A stretch of 64,000 nt of DNA, from the NCBI GenBank assembly GCA_010093815.1, contig ML996580.1; one strand, given 5' to 3'. Under the pieces are notes generated by a model. That model saw only the letters and a list, made by a program, of their open reading frames with translations, was not told the origin of the DNA and did not search any database. Source of the DNA: Pseudovirgaria hyperparasitica (lineage: Eukaryota). The translations under genes and the position numbers were made by a program. Of this stretch, positions 62,707 through 64,000 are shown in pieces; position 1 is the stretch's first letter; the number at the start of each line of letters is the position of its first letter.

Positions 62707-63912
62707 ATGGCTCCGGGACTGATCGACGCTGTCTCTGTTGTACCGCAGGCTATCAATGCCGCGAAGAAGCGTGACAGCGTTGTTTCCAATGCGTCATCTG
62801 TACAGTCTGTCCTTGGATACGAGCCAGGCCGAACCCATGTCGACACTTACGAAGAATACGAACATGAAGACCTCAAACCCCACTTTCCAGATGTCAAATG
62901 GCCCGAACTAGAGGAGGTCTCATATCAAGATAAAGGTATCCAAGGCGATCCCAACTTCAAGAACCTACTTGCGGATGCAACCGACATATTCGATTACAAC
63001 CCGAAGCTCGGCACCGAAATTCATGGGGTGAACCTAGCCAAACTCACAAATGCACAGAAAGATGACCTTGCGCGTCTTATAGCTACACGCGGCGTTGTCT
63101 TCTTCAGAGACCAACAGGATCTCGATATCAACGCACAGCGGGAACTCGGTGTCTATTTTGGTACTCTTCACAAGCATGCTACAACAATGACTCCACAGAA
63201 TGGTCTGGATGATGTTCACGTCGTATACGCAGCTGAGGGCGGTAAAGACAATAGAGCATTCTTTTCACCCAGCTTCCTGTGGCACTCGGACGTCACATAC
63301 GAGATCCAGCCACCTTCATACACTTCACTGAAGCTTCTCTCCGGGCCTCCACGAGGCGGAGGTGGAGACACTCTCTGGTCTAGTCAATATGCAGCTTACG
63401 ATGCACTGAGCTCGCATATGCAAAAGTATCTCGAAGGCCTTACAGCCTTGCACTCCGCCGAGCTTCAGGCGGAAGGCTCACGATCGCTTGGCCGACCAGT
63501 CCGTCGAGAGCCAGTCACCACCGAGCACCCTCTGATCCGGGTCAACCCAGTAACCCGGTGGAAGTCTCTCTTCTACAACCCTGGCTTCGTCACGGCCATC
63601 GTTGGCATTCCTAAGGTCGAGAGCGACGCCATCATTCGTTATTTGAATGAGGTGATCTCTACGACCAATGAGCTTCACGTCCGATTTCAGTGGAACAAGA
63701 ATGACGTCGCATTCTGGGACAACAGAGTCACTAACCATTCGGCGTCATACGGTTTCGCTCCTCATCGTCGACACGCTGTTCGTGTGGCAGCTACTGGAGA
63801 GCGACCTGTCTACGACCCAACTGGTAAATCCCAAGAAGAAGAATACAATGCCAAGTATGGTCTTCCAGCGGTCAACAAGGACGGAGCGGGTATTGCAAAC
63901 TACAACGACTGA
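62707..63912 (+). CDS. TauD/TfdA-family Fe(II)/2-oxoglutarate sulfonate dioxygenase (Jlp1-like)
   Basis: RGVVFFRDQ, WHSDVTYE (HxD), GGDTLW, HPLIRVNP and FWDNRVTNH. Intronless. Confidence 0.92.
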   Translation: MAPGLIDAVSVVPQAINAAKKRDSVVSNASSVQSVLGYEPGRTHVDTYEEYEHEDLKPHFPDVKWPELEEVSYQDKGIQGDPNFKNLLADATDIFDYNPKLGTEIHGVNLAKLTNAQKDDLARLIATRGVVFFRDQQDLDINAQRELGVYFGTLHKHATTMTPQNGLDDVHVVYAAEGGKDNRAFFSPSFLWHSDVTYEIQPPSYTSLKLLSGPPRGGGGDTLWSSQYAAYDALSSHMQKYLEGLTALHSAELQAEGSRSLGRPVRREPVTTEHPLIRVNPVTRWKSLFYNPGFVTAIVGIPKVESDAIIRYLNEVISTTNELHVRFQWNKNDVAFWDNRVTNHSASYGFAPHRRHAVRVAATGERPVYDPTGKSQEEEYNAKYGLPAVNKDGAGIANYND

Positions 63913-64000
63913 ATCTGTGACAAGACAGATTCCTACTAAGGGAGGACACAGGCGTTCTATATTATCATAATTTCTGCGATTTAGCGGGCGTATGAGGTCT

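Overview
Gene-dense genomic DNA from a filamentous ascomycete (Pezizomycotina-like). It has short GT-AG introns with CTRAY branch sites, and I see no transposons, tRNAs or rRNA. About 29 protein-coding genes can be reconstructed: TAP42-like, Dicer-like 1, LCB3-like, Rho4, Dad1, a GATase, two MFS transporters, a CRAL-TRIO protein, Gea/GBF1, Anp1-like, Mtr3, Exo84, Tom20, Nop53, Ypt6, a SUN protein, UDP-glucose epimerase, Arc1, a PflX-like radical SAM protein, Pmp3-like, sulfite reductase beta, FAD synthetase, a TauD dioxygenase and several hypotheticals. The main hidden signal is a 1.7-kb island (25.7-27.5 kb) with three intron-encoded box C/D snoRNAs that the ORF track does not show. An snR55-like and an snR61-like RNA sit in 5' and 3' non-coding introns of one minus-strand transcript, which also carries a 210-aa Zn2Cys6-like ORF between them. 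An snR38-like RNA sits in the intron of the divergently transcribed exosome gene MTR3. Other observations: a possible sulfur-scavenging neighbourhood with shared bZIP-like sites, recurring C-rich to G-rich skew inversions, a GC-AG intron, a duplicated Myb-like domain with duplicated intron position, and recurring promoter motifs. All calls come from manual reading and recalled family motifs. No searches were run.
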